This document shows, one piece after another, positions 1-9,875 of a stretch of DNA of 64,000 nt (its first letter is position 1; every line of letters begins with the position of its first letter). The DNA comes from Spirochaetia bacterium (GTDB lineage: Bacteria > Spirochaetota > Spirochaetia > UBA9216): NCBI GenBank assembly GCA_963677925.2, contig CAXXYH010000003.1, positions 160,001-224,000 on the forward strand. The letters are read 5' to 3'. The notes under the pieces were generated by a model. That model ran no database searches, had not been told where the DNA came from, and saw only the letters and a list, made by a program, of their open reading frames with translations. The position numbers were made by a program, and so were the translations under genes.

Positions 1-1
1 A

Positions 2-148
2 ACTTCATCAAAATTTCTTATAATTATAGTAATTCTGGCAGTTATTGCTGCGGCAGTTGCTGCATTTATAATTATTAGAAATTATATCATCAGGGCTTCA
101 GCTGAAAAGGATGAAAAACGAAATAATGAGATTTCAGGCAATAATTGA
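2..148 (+). CDS. 3' end of a membrane-anchored protein (partial, runs off the window start)
   Basis: Frame 2 is open from the window edge: TSSKFLIIIVILAVIAAAVAAFIIIRNY...ISGNN* (TGA 146-148); one hydrophobic TM helix; overlaps the start of the DHH gene. Confidence 0.6.
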   Translation, partial: TSSKFLIIIVILAVIAAAVAAFIIIRNYIIRASAEKDEKRNNEISGNN

Positions 149-1103
149 TTTTATCAACAGCAACAGCAAATTCATACTCACAGCTCATGAAACTCCTGAT
201 GGAGATGCTATCGGAAGTGAAATTGCTGCCAGCCATGCTCTCAGATCTTTAGGTAAACAGACAATCATTTTTAATGCCGATCCCATGGGGGAAAAATACC
301 GTTTTCTCGACACAGATGATGAGGTTCAGCTGCTGAACAGTGAAGCCGTTCTCCCTGAAGATATTAAAGACTGGGTTCTTATTATTCTCGACACAAACGA
401 TATCAATAATATCGGTGCTGTAAAAGATCGTATACTTACAAAGGTTAAGGATTTTTTTATTTTCGATCATCATGAGGGCGGTGATTCTGTTTTGTCTGCC
501 AATCATATCGAAAATGAAGCATCTTCCACATGTGAGATGCTCTTCGAACTTTTTGAAGCGATGAACCTTACACTCACCCTTGCGATGGCACAGGCTCTTT
601 ATCTTGGAATTGTTTATGACACCGGTTCATTCATTTATCCTAAAACTACAGCAAAAACATTTTCCATTGCCGAAAAATGTGTAAGTCTGGGAGTCAACCC
701 CAACTTTATTTATTCAAAATTATATGAAAGCAATTCGATTTCTTCTTTGATGCTTCAGTCAAGAGTATTATCAACATTAGAGTTTTTTTATGATCATAAT
801 GTTGCAATTCAAACTATGCTTAAAGATGACATTATAAAAAGCGGAGCTATGTATGAAGAAGCCGATTCCCTGATAAACCTTCCTCTAAAAAGTGAAGCTA
901 TCAAAGTTTCAATATTTTTCAAGGAAAACCTGGAGGGTATTCTAAGATGTTCGCTTCGTTCAAAGGGAAATATTGATGTAGCTTTTATTGCCCAGGTTTT
1001 CGGTGGAGGCGGTCATAAAACGGCCGCCGGTTTTAAGAGTAAATTCCCACTTGAAGAGATACGCAAAAAAGTGTTAGAAATGCTTAGAAAATACTTCGTG
1101 TGA
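111..1103 (+). CDS. nrnA: DHH/DHHA1 phosphoesterase (NrnA/DhhP-like oligoribonuclease, pAp phosphatase or c-di-AMP phosphodiesterase)
   Basis: Motifs TAHETPDGDAIGS, LDT, FDHH, YDTGSF and the DHHA1 SLRS...GGGH..AAG. Confidence 0.85.
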   Translation: MKNEIMRFQAIIDFINSNSKFILTAHETPDGDAIGSEIAASHALRSLGKQTIIFNADPMGEKYRFLDTDDEVQLLNSEAVLPEDIKDWVLIILDTNDINNIGAVKDRILTKVKDFFIFDHHEGGDSVLSANHIENEASSTCEMLFELFEAMNLTLTLAMAQALYLGIVYDTGSFIYPKTTAKTFSIAEKCVSLGVNPNFIYSKLYESNSISSLMLQSRVLSTLEFFYDHNVAIQTMLKDDIIKSGAMYEEADSLINLPLKSEAIKVSIFFKENLEGILRCSLRSKGNIDVAFIAQVFGGGGHKTAAGFKSKFPLEEIRKKVLEMLRKYFV

Positions 1104-1107
1104 ATCT

Positions 1108-2649
1108 ATGATAAAGAAAAATATACTGTTTTTTATAGTTATAATGCTTTTAAGCAATTTATATTCCTGTAACAGAGCTTCCGAGGTTTACGAAAGACCC
1201 GAAAGTGTTACTCAGCTGACGCCTGCTCCGGATGAAGATAGTATTTCAGATGATGAAAAATATGAAGACAGCTTCAGTATTCAGGAAACAAAGCCAAATA
1301 TTGTTATCAGAAGCGATGAAACTGTTTTAAGTACTATTAACCTGAATCTTGATCTTGATACTTCGGATGAACAGATTATTGTATTGAAGAACAGACAGAA
1401 TCCGGCTCTTGAAATTTATATTGCTGTAGCAGATTATGATAATGTTAAAGGAGATTATGTCCGGGTCTGGGAAGGTACTACATCCGCAACAAGCGGAAGA
1501 TCCTTCAGTGTTTATCTTGAGGATTTAGTCGGCGATCATTCAAATCAGATCGTATGTTCAGGTAGGGATTCTGAAGGCAATACGACGCTTGATGTATTCT
1601 GGAGAAATAATGAGAGCAGCGGCAGCGGACTTAATTATTCTTCCATTTTCAGCCTGAAGCAGCCGGGAGCAATTGAGATTATTCCTGTCAAACGCAGTAT
1701 GGCCTACGAATCCGGGCAGAAAGACGGCGTAAGCTATACGATTTCTGCGTCCACTGAAAAATCAGGCAATGACGGAAAAATCAGTCTCATTCAGTCTATT
1801 TATTTCTGGGATTTCCCTCTGAAAAAATTTATCAAACTTAAAGAGGAAGAGCTAGAGTACACAACTATTGAAGAAAAACAGCTTGCTGATATTTACAGCG
1901 GGCCGGAAGAAAATTTCTATGCTTATATTAACGGACCATGGTTTACGGAAAATTCAACTTCCTGGAATAATAATATTATTGTACTTATGGATCCTAAGGC
2001 TGAGACTATTACTTTTTACAGCGATAGAATTCAGGAAAATTTTAAGTGGACTAATTCATATAAAGTCTTAAGTAATCTTCTGTATATACGTGCTCAGAAT
2101 GAAATAATAAATTATATAGAAATTGAAGTTTATGTGCGTATTGTCAATCTTGATGAGATACGCCTGACTGTCAAGGATATTGACAATCAGACAAGAGTTA
2201 TTTCCCCTAATGATGTCTGGACTGATAACTACTACCGTATGGGTGAACGTGAGAAATTCGATACAATCAAAACTCTAAGAAAGGCTTCAGAAGCAATAGA
2301 ATTACCGGAGCTGAATGGACAGTATATCAGTGATGCCGGAGATATCATTGAATTCTACGGCACATCCTTCCATATGAAAAACAGCTTTGAAGAAATCTCA
2401 GGCGGTTATGCAGTATACTCAGCCGATACCCCTGTTTTAAGTTTGAAAATTGTTGATGATTCAGGCATTGAAATTGATACAAGAGCATTTTCAATTGATT
2501 TTTCGGAAGAAAATAAAAACAGAATTATCGAGCGGACGCTTGTGATGGTGCCCGGAGAGTTAAGTATATATGGTTTCAAACCTTCTGATACCGAATATTA
2601 CAGGTTTACACAGACTGAAACTCTGGATATGTCATCAGAGAATGAATAA
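1108..2649 (+). CDS. Lipoprotein, probably pallilysin-related adhesin family
   Basis: Spirochaetal lipobox (LLSNLYS-C), acidic linker, beta-rich body; position next to SPOR/LapA/miaB matches my recollection of the T. pallidum tp0751-tp0754 region. Confidence 0.55.
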   Translation: MIKKNILFFIVIMLLSNLYSCNRASEVYERPESVTQLTPAPDEDSISDDEKYEDSFSIQETKPNIVIRSDETVLSTINLNLDLDTSDEQIIVLKNRQNPALEIYIAVADYDNVKGDYVRVWEGTTSATSGRSFSVYLEDLVGDHSNQIVCSGRDSEGNTTLDVFWRNNESSGSGLNYSSIFSLKQPGAIEIIPVKRSMAYESGQKDGVSYTISASTEKSGNDGKISLIQSIYFWDFPLKKFIKLKEEELEYTTIEEKQLADIYSGPEENFYAYINGPWFTENSTSWNNNIIVLMDPKAETITFYSDRIQENFKWTNSYKVLSNLLYIRAQNEIINYIEIEVYVRIVNLDEIRLTVKDIDNQTRVISPNDVWTDNYYRMGEREKFDTIKTLRKASEAIELPELNGQYISDAGDIIEFYGTSFHMKNSFEEISGGYAVYSADTPVLSLKIVDDSGIEIDTRAFSIDFSEENKNRIIERTLVMVPGELSIYGFKPSDTEYYRFTQTETLDMSSENE

Positions 2650-3612
2650 TCAGTATATTGGATAAGCCTCGTACCCGTTTTCTTTTAATTTAATCACCAT
2701 ATCCTGAAGTTCTTCTGCAGGAATAGCCGGCATGAGTACTACATGGTATATCTTGCTGTTTACTGTTTTTTCAGACAATTTCACCTGGAATCCCTCAGCA
2801 AGCAGTTTTTTAAGCAGTTCATCAGCATTCTTCTCTACCCCGAATGAACCGAGCTGAATTGAAATTGTATTCTCATCATCAACAGCAGATTCGGTTTCAG
2901 ATTCAATTATTTCTACTTTATTCTCAGCCTGATCTGAAACAGTAACAAATTCCTGTTCAGGATTTATTCTAAAAAAACCGAGAAGCCGTTCAGGACTAGG
3001 AAAATCTGTAAATTGAACAAGTTCGGCTATATTATTAATTTTATCCATATTTCTGCTGATTATTCCATTAATCTTATTAAGGCTGCTATCTGCAGCCTTG
3101 GAGAGCTCATCAAGCCAGAAAACTGCTTCAAGCGGGATGTCGTCTCTGGAGAATACATCCTCTATCATATCTACAGATTCTTGATCTTCTCCTCTCAGAA
3201 AATAAACTCTTGATAACAATGTTCTGCATTTTTGAGAGAGATTCAGATCTTCAGTGAAATTCATGATGATTTTCAGCTGTGATTCAGATTTATGGTAATC
3301 GGCTATTTCGGCATTTAATACTGCACTTTTATAAAGCGATTCATAGTCTTTATTTCCACTGACGGCAAGAGAAGCCTGCTCAAAATACCCGGCGGCCTTT
3401 GATAGATTTCCAGAGCTTTCGCTGATATATCCTGCTTCCAGATATTTTTGGTACAGTTCAGTTTCACTGATATTGGCACTGTTCTCGAAAAGACCGGAAA
3501 GAACTTCATCAGCCTTAGATTCACTTACTTTAATAATATCCTGGGCATGAACATTGAATAAAGCTGTTAGAAAAAAAACAAACAGCAGAAGTGATTTATA
3601 ATTCTTTTTCAA
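2650..3612 (-). CDS. TPR-repeat protein with C-terminal SPOR peptidoglycan-binding domain
   Basis: Signal peptide from the probable TTG at 3612 (KKNYKSLLLFVFFLTALFNVHA); helical repeats; SPOR signature IQLGSFGVEKNA..L...L...GF. The track start at 3657 is an alternative. Confidence 0.75.
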   Translation of the reverse strand: MKKNYKSLLLFVFFLTALFNVHAQDIIKVSESKADEVLSGLFENSANISETELYQKYLEAGYISESSGNLSKAAGYFEQASLAVSGNKDYESLYKSAVLNAEIADYHKSESQLKIIMNFTEDLNLSQKCRTLLSRVYFLRGEDQESVDMIEDVFSRDDIPLEAVFWLDELSKAADSSLNKINGIISRNMDKINNIAELVQFTDFPSPERLLGFFRINPEQEFVTVSDQAENKVEIIESETESAVDDENTISIQLGSFGVEKNADELLKKLLAEGFQVKLSEKTVNSKIYHVVLMPAIPAEELQDMVIKLKENGYEAYPIY

Positions 3613-3886
3613 CAGGATTAACTGGTTCCGGTATAATTTCGTCATCAATATATTCAACTTTCTTCTTTTTTTTGCTAACTTCTTTTTTGTTCTTCATACT
3701 CACATAAAAGGCAAACGGGAGCGTAAATACGGCTCCGGCAAGAAAAGCAGTGAAAATACTTAAAAAAACAGGTACATCAGTAAATTTCACAAAACCAAGA
3801 GATATATCAGACATATTTCCCAGGTTCAGTGCCGAGATAATAAGTGCGATACCAAGTCCGACAAGAAAAAACACCAGTTTAAACAT
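3596..3886 (-). CDS. Small membrane protein, LapA/DUF1049-like
   Basis: Two TM helices linked by N...ISLGF..F..VPVFL; basic/charged tail; GGAGG RBS inside the miaB 3' end. Confidence 0.6.
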   Translation of the reverse strand: MFKLVFFLVGLGIALIISALNLGNMSDISLGFVKFTDVPVFLSIFTAFLAGAVFTLPFAFYVSMKNKKEVSKKKKKVEYIDDEIIPEPVNPVEKEL

Positions 3887-5183
3887 TGATTAAACCTCCG
3901 GTATATGTACTTCCTTTTAATCCGCTTATGCTTAAGTTAACATATCTGTTTAATAAGTCAACTCCTCCCGGAAATACAATCATACTATTTTTATCGGTGC
4001 GGCCAAGCAGCATCTTGTCATCTTTTTTAGATATCGACTCGACTACTGCGGTGGTTTCCTGCCCTATCCTTTTTAATTTAACGTCTGTTGATGTAGTTCT
4101 GTGAATTTCAATAATTTCACTTAACCGTTTTGATTTCACATCATGAGGTACATCATCAGTCATTTTATAGGCGGCAGTCCCTTCACGCGGATTATAGTAA
4201 TATGTGAAAGCATCTTCAAAACGCATTTCATTCATAAAATCTTTCAGCTTATTAAAATCTTCTTCTGTTTCTCCGGGAAAGCCGACCATAATATCAGTGC
4301 TCAATGATAAATCTGTAATTTTTGATCGAAGTTTTCTTATTATTGTTCGGTATTGCTCTACTGTATATTTTCTGTTCATATTCTTTAGAACATTATCAGA
4401 GCCGTGCTGTGCAGGAAGATGAAGATATTTGCAGAGACGGTCCTCAGAAGCGTACAGCTCAATTAGTTCGTCAGAAAAGTCCTGCGGATTGGAACTGGTA
4501 AATCGAAGCCATTTTACATCAGTGTCATTTAGAATACGGCGAATCAGTGCTGAAAAATTAATTTCAAAACTATCCTTTCTATATCTGAAAGAATTTACAT
4601 TCTGACCTAACAAGGTTATTTCACTCACTCCTTCTGCGGTCAGCTGTCTAATTTCTTTAATTATCTCATCATCATTTCTTGATGTCTCACGGCCCCGCAC
4701 ATACGGGACTATACAGTATGAACAGAAGTTATCACATCCGTTCATCACAGGAACCATTGCATGCGTTGAACTGACCTTACCGTACTTTTCAAAAAAACTG
4801 TAATCTTCAGTCAGGTCAGAAGTGCTGTCATCTTCAGTGCCTGACAGGATTCTGGCGGCTTTGTTTTTATGTTCATTATCAATAACGTCACTGACTACCG
4901 GGAATTTCTTCTTAAGTTCGTCTTTCAGCCTTTCGGCCATACAGCCGATAATTACGAGTCGGAATTCGTGCTGTTCCGAAAGACTTTTAAAGTATCCCAG
5001 ACGGCCCCAGATACGGTTTTCAGCCGACTGCCTTACCGAGCATGTATTTATAACTATCAGCTGAGCTTCTTTATCATATTCAGCTTCAGTCCATCCGCTG
5101 CTTCGCAGTTCGTTTTTTAAAGCTTCGCTTTCGGCTGTATTCATCTGACAGCCGTATGTCTCAATAAAAAATTTTCGGGACAA
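3879..5183 (-). CDS. miaB: tRNA-2-methylthio-N6-dimethylallyladenosine synthase MiaB
   Basis: ETYGCQMN, NTCSVR, radical-SAM CDNFCSYC, VGFPGET, C-terminal TRAM domain; TTG start. Confidence 0.93.
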   Translation of the reverse strand: MSRKFFIETYGCQMNTAESEALKNELRSSGWTEAEYDKEAQLIVINTCSVRQSAENRIWGRLGYFKSLSEQHEFRLVIIGCMAERLKDELKKKFPVVSDVIDNEHKNKAARILSGTEDDSTSDLTEDYSFFEKYGKVSSTHAMVPVMNGCDNFCSYCIVPYVRGRETSRNDDEIIKEIRQLTAEGVSEITLLGQNVNSFRYRKDSFEINFSALIRRILNDTDVKWLRFTSSNPQDFSDELIELYASEDRLCKYLHLPAQHGSDNVLKNMNRKYTVEQYRTIIRKLRSKITDLSLSTDIMVGFPGETEEDFNKLKDFMNEMRFEDAFTYYYNPREGTAAYKMTDDVPHDVKSKRLSEIIEIHRTTSTDVKLKRIGQETTAVVESISKKDDKMLLGRTDKNSMIVFPGGVDLLNRYVNLSISGLKGSTYTGGLINV

Positions 5184-5184
5184 G

Positions 5185-7176
5185 CTATAATTCTCCCTGT
5201 ATAATTTTCCTTACATACCACCTGATAACATTCCAGTCATCATTCTCTGGCAGCAGTATCCATGCTCCTTCGGAGCTGTATGTATCATACAGGATATTAT
5301 CAAAACTTAAAACATGCTTGCCGGCCAGCTGAGAATTACCAAAATTACTGTAGAGACTTAAAAATTCAACAGGACTGAAATCGGTATCGACGTAATTGAA
5401 GAAAGCGTTTATAAGACTGTAAACCTTTGCTGCATCTGTAACCCGAAGCTGCTGGAATTTATTAACTGCTCCTTCTATTATCATCTGCTGTCTTTCTGAA
5501 CGGTTAAAATCGTTAGAACCATGTCTTGATCTTGCAACCCTCAGAGCTTCAACTCCGTTCAGACTGTAATCGCCGGCTTTGTAATTAAGAGTTGACCATT
5601 CACCGTTCTCACGTATCCGGTAGGTAGGATCGATGAGATCTTCATTTAAAGTTATATCAATACCGCCTAAAATATTCACAATATCTATAAAAGCATACAT
5701 ATCAACTATCACATATCTTGAAATATCCAGTCCAGTAATTGTTGATAATTCTTTTTTTAACTGTTCCGGCCCGTAATACTGGTAGATGCTGTTTACCCGC
5801 CTGCCCTTCCAGTACAAATCTCTGGGAATACCAATGAGATAAGCCTTTCCTGTGCTTTTATCGGCATGTACGATAATCATAGTATCAGTATTTTTTTCAT
5901 GCATCCCGACAAGAAGACAGGTTATTGAATCCCGGCTTGAGTATATATCATTTACACTGCTGATATTTTCAGGGATTATAAAGTTTTTTTTTGATTCAGC
6001 CTTAAGCTCTGATTTAATGCTTACGGTTTTCAGCGAGGAAATTGGTACTTCATCAGCATCAACAAGGTATATATCACCCAGCTTTTTTAAAACTGAAAAT
6101 GAACCAAGCCTGCTGCCGTCTGCTTTTATCAGATCATAATAATAATAATCATTATCTTCTCTGGGTATAAAATTCAATGTAAGATCAAGGGATTCGAGAT
6201 AGCTTTGAAAAACTGAATCATTCTGAAGATCTTCAATTTTTGCCTGCGCATTCTGAATTAAAACTTCCTCAGCAGAACGAAGATCAAGAGTCTGTAATTG
6301 ACTCAGAATAATGTTTGATATATCAGCGTCCTCGGAATAATAACTATTGTTAATAAGAAAGCCCGGTTCATCTGCAACAGTAGTAAGTTCAGCACGCAGT
6401 GTATTAGAGTTGTTTTTGTTTGAAAAAATTAAAACTGGATTATTTTCATCATCAATTGATATTCTGATGTCATGTTCAGTGCAGAATTGAGCTACTTTTT
6501 CTGAAACTGCTGAATTTGAAAGGTTAGCTGCCATCTCCTTCTGTAAACTCAGTCTTTTATCATATTTGGATGCCGCATCTCTGATAAAAGATACAGCTTC
6601 GTTTGAAGCTGATGTGATATCAAGTCTGCTGCCCTCAAAGCCGCTTATTGTATAAACTTCCGTTTCTGCTATAATTTCACCAAGCTGGAAGCCATTCTTA
6701 TAGAATCCGCCGGTATTATTACCGGTCTTACGCATACTGACGCCTTCTTTGTTTAATGCAGTATTAAAATCGGTATCATTAATTATTTTCCCAAGCTTAA
6801 CCGAAAGTTTATAATTGTTTTCAGCATTAAAAAAGGCATCGATTGCCAGAAGAAATTCATTCGAGGCAGAATCTTGAGATATGGAATCAGATTCTTCTGA
6901 TATTCTTTCCGGATAAACCCTTATCGGCAGGCCGTTGGATTCACGGGTGTTTGTTAAATCCGAAACAAGCATTCCGCTGACATTGGATAAATAATTCAGG
7001 GTTTCCCTATCTTCCGAAATCTCCGCCATAAATGCATCATTGCGGCTGCTGAACTCTATTGTAAGTTTATGCAGTCTTGTATTCATCACAGATAAAGTAA
7101 TGACAAGCGCAATGAGTAAAATAAGTAATATAATATTCTTTAAACTAATAAGCTCTTTTAACTTATCAAAAATCAA
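5185..7176 (-). CDS. LCP (LytR-CpsA-Psr) family protein with long N-terminal extension
   Basis: N-terminal TM; C-terminal DTMIIVH, IPRD, VNILGGIDI, LNGVEAL..ARSRH..DFNRSERQQ; TTGA overlap with the purH stop. Confidence 0.85.
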   Translation of the reverse strand: MIFDKLKELISLKNIILLILLIALVITLSVMNTRLHKLTIEFSSRNDAFMAEISEDRETLNYLSNVSGMLVSDLTNTRESNGLPIRVYPERISEESDSISQDSASNEFLLAIDAFFNAENNYKLSVKLGKIINDTDFNTALNKEGVSMRKTGNNTGGFYKNGFQLGEIIAETEVYTISGFEGSRLDITSASNEAVSFIRDAASKYDKRLSLQKEMAANLSNSAVSEKVAQFCTEHDIRISIDDENNPVLIFSNKNNSNTLRAELTTVADEPGFLINNSYYSEDADISNIILSQLQTLDLRSAEEVLIQNAQAKIEDLQNDSVFQSYLESLDLTLNFIPREDNDYYYYDLIKADGSRLGSFSVLKKLGDIYLVDADEVPISSLKTVSIKSELKAESKKNFIIPENISSVNDIYSSRDSITCLLVGMHEKNTDTMIIVHADKSTGKAYLIGIPRDLYWKGRRVNSIYQYYGPEQLKKELSTITGLDISRYVIVDMYAFIDIVNILGGIDITLNEDLIDPTYRIRENGEWSTLNYKAGDYSLNGVEALRVARSRHGSNDFNRSERQQMIIEGAVNKFQQLRVTDAAKVYSLINAFFNYVDTDFSPVEFLSLYSNFGNSQLAGKHVLSFDNILYDTYSSEGAWILLPENDDWNVIRWYVRKIIQGEL

Positions 7177-8426
7177 TGCTTGAAACTCCGCTGACCTGTA
7201 AATACCATTGCTGCATTATATTCATTACAGGCTTCAATACTTTCGAAATCCCGTAACGAACCTCCAGGCTGTATAATCGAACTGATGCCTTCTTTCAGGC
7301 CGACCTCTATTCCGTCTCTAAACGGAAAGAAAGCGTCCGAAATCATTGCACTTCCGGGCAGTCCGCCTTTTTTCTCTGCAGTTTCAGCCTGAACGGCATC
7401 AATAATAGCTTTATCGGTCATTACAGCAAGCGGCTGGCCATGTTTTTCATAACATATTCTATCTGCAAATTTCCTGTATGCTTTATCCCGTGCAATTTCG
7501 GCAACACCTACTCTATCCTGCTCGCCGGTACCGATACCAACAGTAACCCCGTCTTTGACATAGATTACAGAATTGCTGGTTATACCGCTTTCTATAAGCC
7601 ATCCAAAAAGCATATCATTCAGTTCCTGCTCTGTAGGCTCTCTAAGAACTTTATACTCCTTATCTCTGTAAACAGTTTCAGCAGGAAGAAGAGTTTCCTT
7701 TTCTGCTTTGGGAACAAATGACCATTGAGCAACAAGTCCGCCGTCAATCAATGATTTAAAATCTACAAACTGTTCACCGACAAAATCATGCAGTTTTGAC
7801 ATATTACCTATTTTCATCACTCTAAGATTTTTCCTGGTTGCAAGAAGTTCAAGAGTGCCTTCTTCAAATTCAGGAGCTACAACCACTTCAAGGTAACTTT
7901 CGGTAATCAATTTCGCGGTTTCCATATCAAGCGGTTTATTTACAGCTACAGCACCTCCGAAGGCCGCTATGCGGTCAGCCATAAGAGCTTTATAGTAAGA
8001 TTCAGCCAGAGTTTTCCCTCTGGCTACACCGCAGGGATTATTATGTTTTACAATAACAGTAACAGGGTAATCATTGAAATATCTAAGGATATTAAGGGAA
8101 TTGTCTGCATCGGTAATATTAGTTTTACCCGGATGTTTTCCAGACTGAAGAAGCTCAATATCGGAAGCAAGATACTTACCCGGCATTATTGAACTTACTT
8201 CTCCGAGAACAAGGTTTCCGTTTACAAGACGGTAAAGGGCAGCTTCCTGATCAGGATTTTCTCCGTATCTCAGCCCCTGCTTATCTCCATCTATATCCCA
8301 GTATACCTTTTCATATTTAAGTGACTGGCGATCTGAATCATTATTATAAAAACTGATTTCCATATTATCAGGAAATAAATCCTTCCTGATTCGTTTATAT
8401 ATCGATGAAAGCTTTTCCTTAGCCAT
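7173..8426 (-). CDS. purH: AICAR transformylase (C-terminal half of a split PurH)
   Basis: LRYGENPDQ, KHNNPCG, AFGG, SDAFFPFRDG, QPGGS..D, FTGQRSFKH. Confidence 0.9.
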   Translation of the reverse strand: MAKEKLSSIYKRIRKDLFPDNMEISFYNNDSDRQSLKYEKVYWDIDGDKQGLRYGENPDQEAALYRLVNGNLVLGEVSSIMPGKYLASDIELLQSGKHPGKTNITDADNSLNILRYFNDYPVTVIVKHNNPCGVARGKTLAESYYKALMADRIAAFGGAVAVNKPLDMETAKLITESYLEVVVAPEFEEGTLELLATRKNLRVMKIGNMSKLHDFVGEQFVDFKSLIDGGLVAQWSFVPKAEKETLLPAETVYRDKEYKVLREPTEQELNDMLFGWLIESGITSNSVIYVKDGVTVGIGTGEQDRVGVAEIARDKAYRKFADRICYEKHGQPLAVMTDKAIIDAVQAETAEKKGGLPGSAMISDAFFPFRDGIEVGLKEGISSIIQPGGSLRDFESIEACNEYNAAMVFTGQRSFKH

Positions 8427-9115
8427 TATCTGCCTCCCTTGAAACTGTATACAGATTGAACAGAATTATAGGTTTTACTCAATAGAAAGCTGCTGATCTG
8501 ACTGTCATATTCTGCAGTGTGGCTGAAAGTTTTTTTTGCAAGCTCAAAACGGAATTCCAATGATAATTTACCGTCTTCAGATTTCATTTCTCTGATTATC
8601 TTTTCATAATCTGAAGGATTGCAGACTGAAGCAACTCTTAGATAATTCTTTGCAGACGCTCTCAGCATGCATGGGCCGCCGATGTCGATATTCGTTCTGG
8701 CTTCTTCGGCTGTTATACCATCCTGTTTGATGGTCTCACTGAAGGGATAAAGATTAACTACAACCATATCGAAGGCCACTGCACCGGTTCTTGAAAGATC
8801 GGCCTTATGTGCCTCATTATAAGTTTCACTAAGCAGTCCCAGATAAATTTTAAAATCAAGGGTTTTTACCAGTCCGCCCTGCATTTCGGGCTGTCCGGTA
8901 TAATCACTTACAGAAATAAGATTTTTTACTGCATCATTACCAAGAAGTTCTGAAATTTTATTGTAAGTACCGCCTGTCGAATATATCTTGATGTCCGGGT
9001 TAATGCTTATAAGTCCCCTTACGAGGTCCTCCAGTCCTGTTTTATCAGATACGCTGATAAGTACATTGTTAATTGATACTTTGTCATCAATATCCGCAAC
9101 TATATTTAATGCCAT
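8426..9115 (-). CDS. purH: IMP cyclohydrolase, MGS-like (N-terminal half of a split PurH)
   Basis: LISVSDKTG, STGGT, VKTL, VVVNLYPF, IDIGGP..LRASAKN, F.HTAEYD; GGAGG RBS. Confidence 0.88.
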   Translation of the reverse strand: MALNIVADIDDKVSINNVLISVSDKTGLEDLVRGLISINPDIKIYSTGGTYNKISELLGNDAVKNLISVSDYTGQPEMQGGLVKTLDFKIYLGLLSETYNEAHKADLSRTGAVAFDMVVVNLYPFSETIKQDGITAEEARTNIDIGGPCMLRASAKNYLRVASVCNPSDYEKIIREMKSEDGKLSLEFRFELAKKTFSHTAEYDSQISSFLLSKTYNSVQSVYSFKGGR

Positions 9116-9173
9116 GGTAGACCTCCGTATGTAAAACTTTTACCATACAAACAGTCATAGTTTCAACATATCC

Positions 9174-9202
9174 TTGAAAAAAGACTTTTGTGGTGATACT
9201 AT
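9174..9202 (+). promoter_or_regulatory. Putative sigma70 promoter of the OMP-lipoprotein operon
   Basis: TTGAAA (9174-9179), 17 bp spacer, TG-a-TACTAT extended -10 (9197-9202). Confidence 0.55.
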
Positions 9203-9233
9203 TTCGTTGATTATTATCTATTGAGGATATACT

Positions 9234-9866
9234 TTGAAAAAAAAATTAGTTCCAATCTTACTGACTGCTATGATTATTACGGTTTTTCCGATTACAGCAC
9301 AAACCTCCGAAGAGGATGTTTCTGATGATTATATTGGAAAATCAGCTTATTCTACCGGTGAACAGGTTTTTAATATCAATGCCGGTGCTATATTTCCCTT
9401 ATTCACAATTGCTCCCTTCGCTTCAGAAGGAACAAGTGCAATAAATCCGGATATCGGTGAAACTTCAATAGGACTGACCGGAAGTCTTGAGTTCGGCGCT
9501 TTTGTTATGGACAATCTGATGCTCGGCGGAGAACTAAGCGGTATGTTTGCTGCAACCCCTAACCGAGTTCTGACAATGGTTCCTATTTCTTTTACCGCAG
9601 CCTATTACTTCATGTTTTACCCTATAGAAGTTCCTGTACATTTGAATATCGGCATGTCTTTTAATACTCTAGGAGATTATTTTACCATGACACCGGTGAT
9701 TAAACCCGGTATCGGTGCTCTATGGAATATCAATGATGAGTGGGCAATTGGATTAAATGCTGAATACTGGTTTATTCCGGAAATATATTATTCAGATGAA
9801 TTCAAAGATCAAAGTCGTATCGCTAATTTTCTGGAACTTGGAATTTCCGGGTCGTATCACTTCTAA
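9234..9866 (+). CDS. Outer-membrane 8-stranded beta-barrel protein, OmpW-like (TP0733/TP0126-type)
   Basis: Signal peptide, alternating amphipathic beta strands, C-terminal BAM-type ending LGISGSYHF; GAGG RBS, TTG start. Confidence 0.7.
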   Translation: MKKKLVPILLTAMIITVFPITAQTSEEDVSDDYIGKSAYSTGEQVFNINAGAIFPLFTIAPFASEGTSAINPDIGETSIGLTGSLEFGAFVMDNLMLGGELSGMFAATPNRVLTMVPISFTAAYYFMFYPIEVPVHLNIGMSFNTLGDYFTMTPVIKPGIGALWNINDEWAIGLNAEYWFIPEIYYSDEFKDQSRIANFLELGISGSYHF

Positions 9867-9875
9867 GGAATATTT

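Noticed and set aside
8400-8450. Possible frameshift or pseudogene in purH
   Set aside because: The TAATG overlap, strong SD and intact catalytic motifs in both halves indicate a genuine split gene
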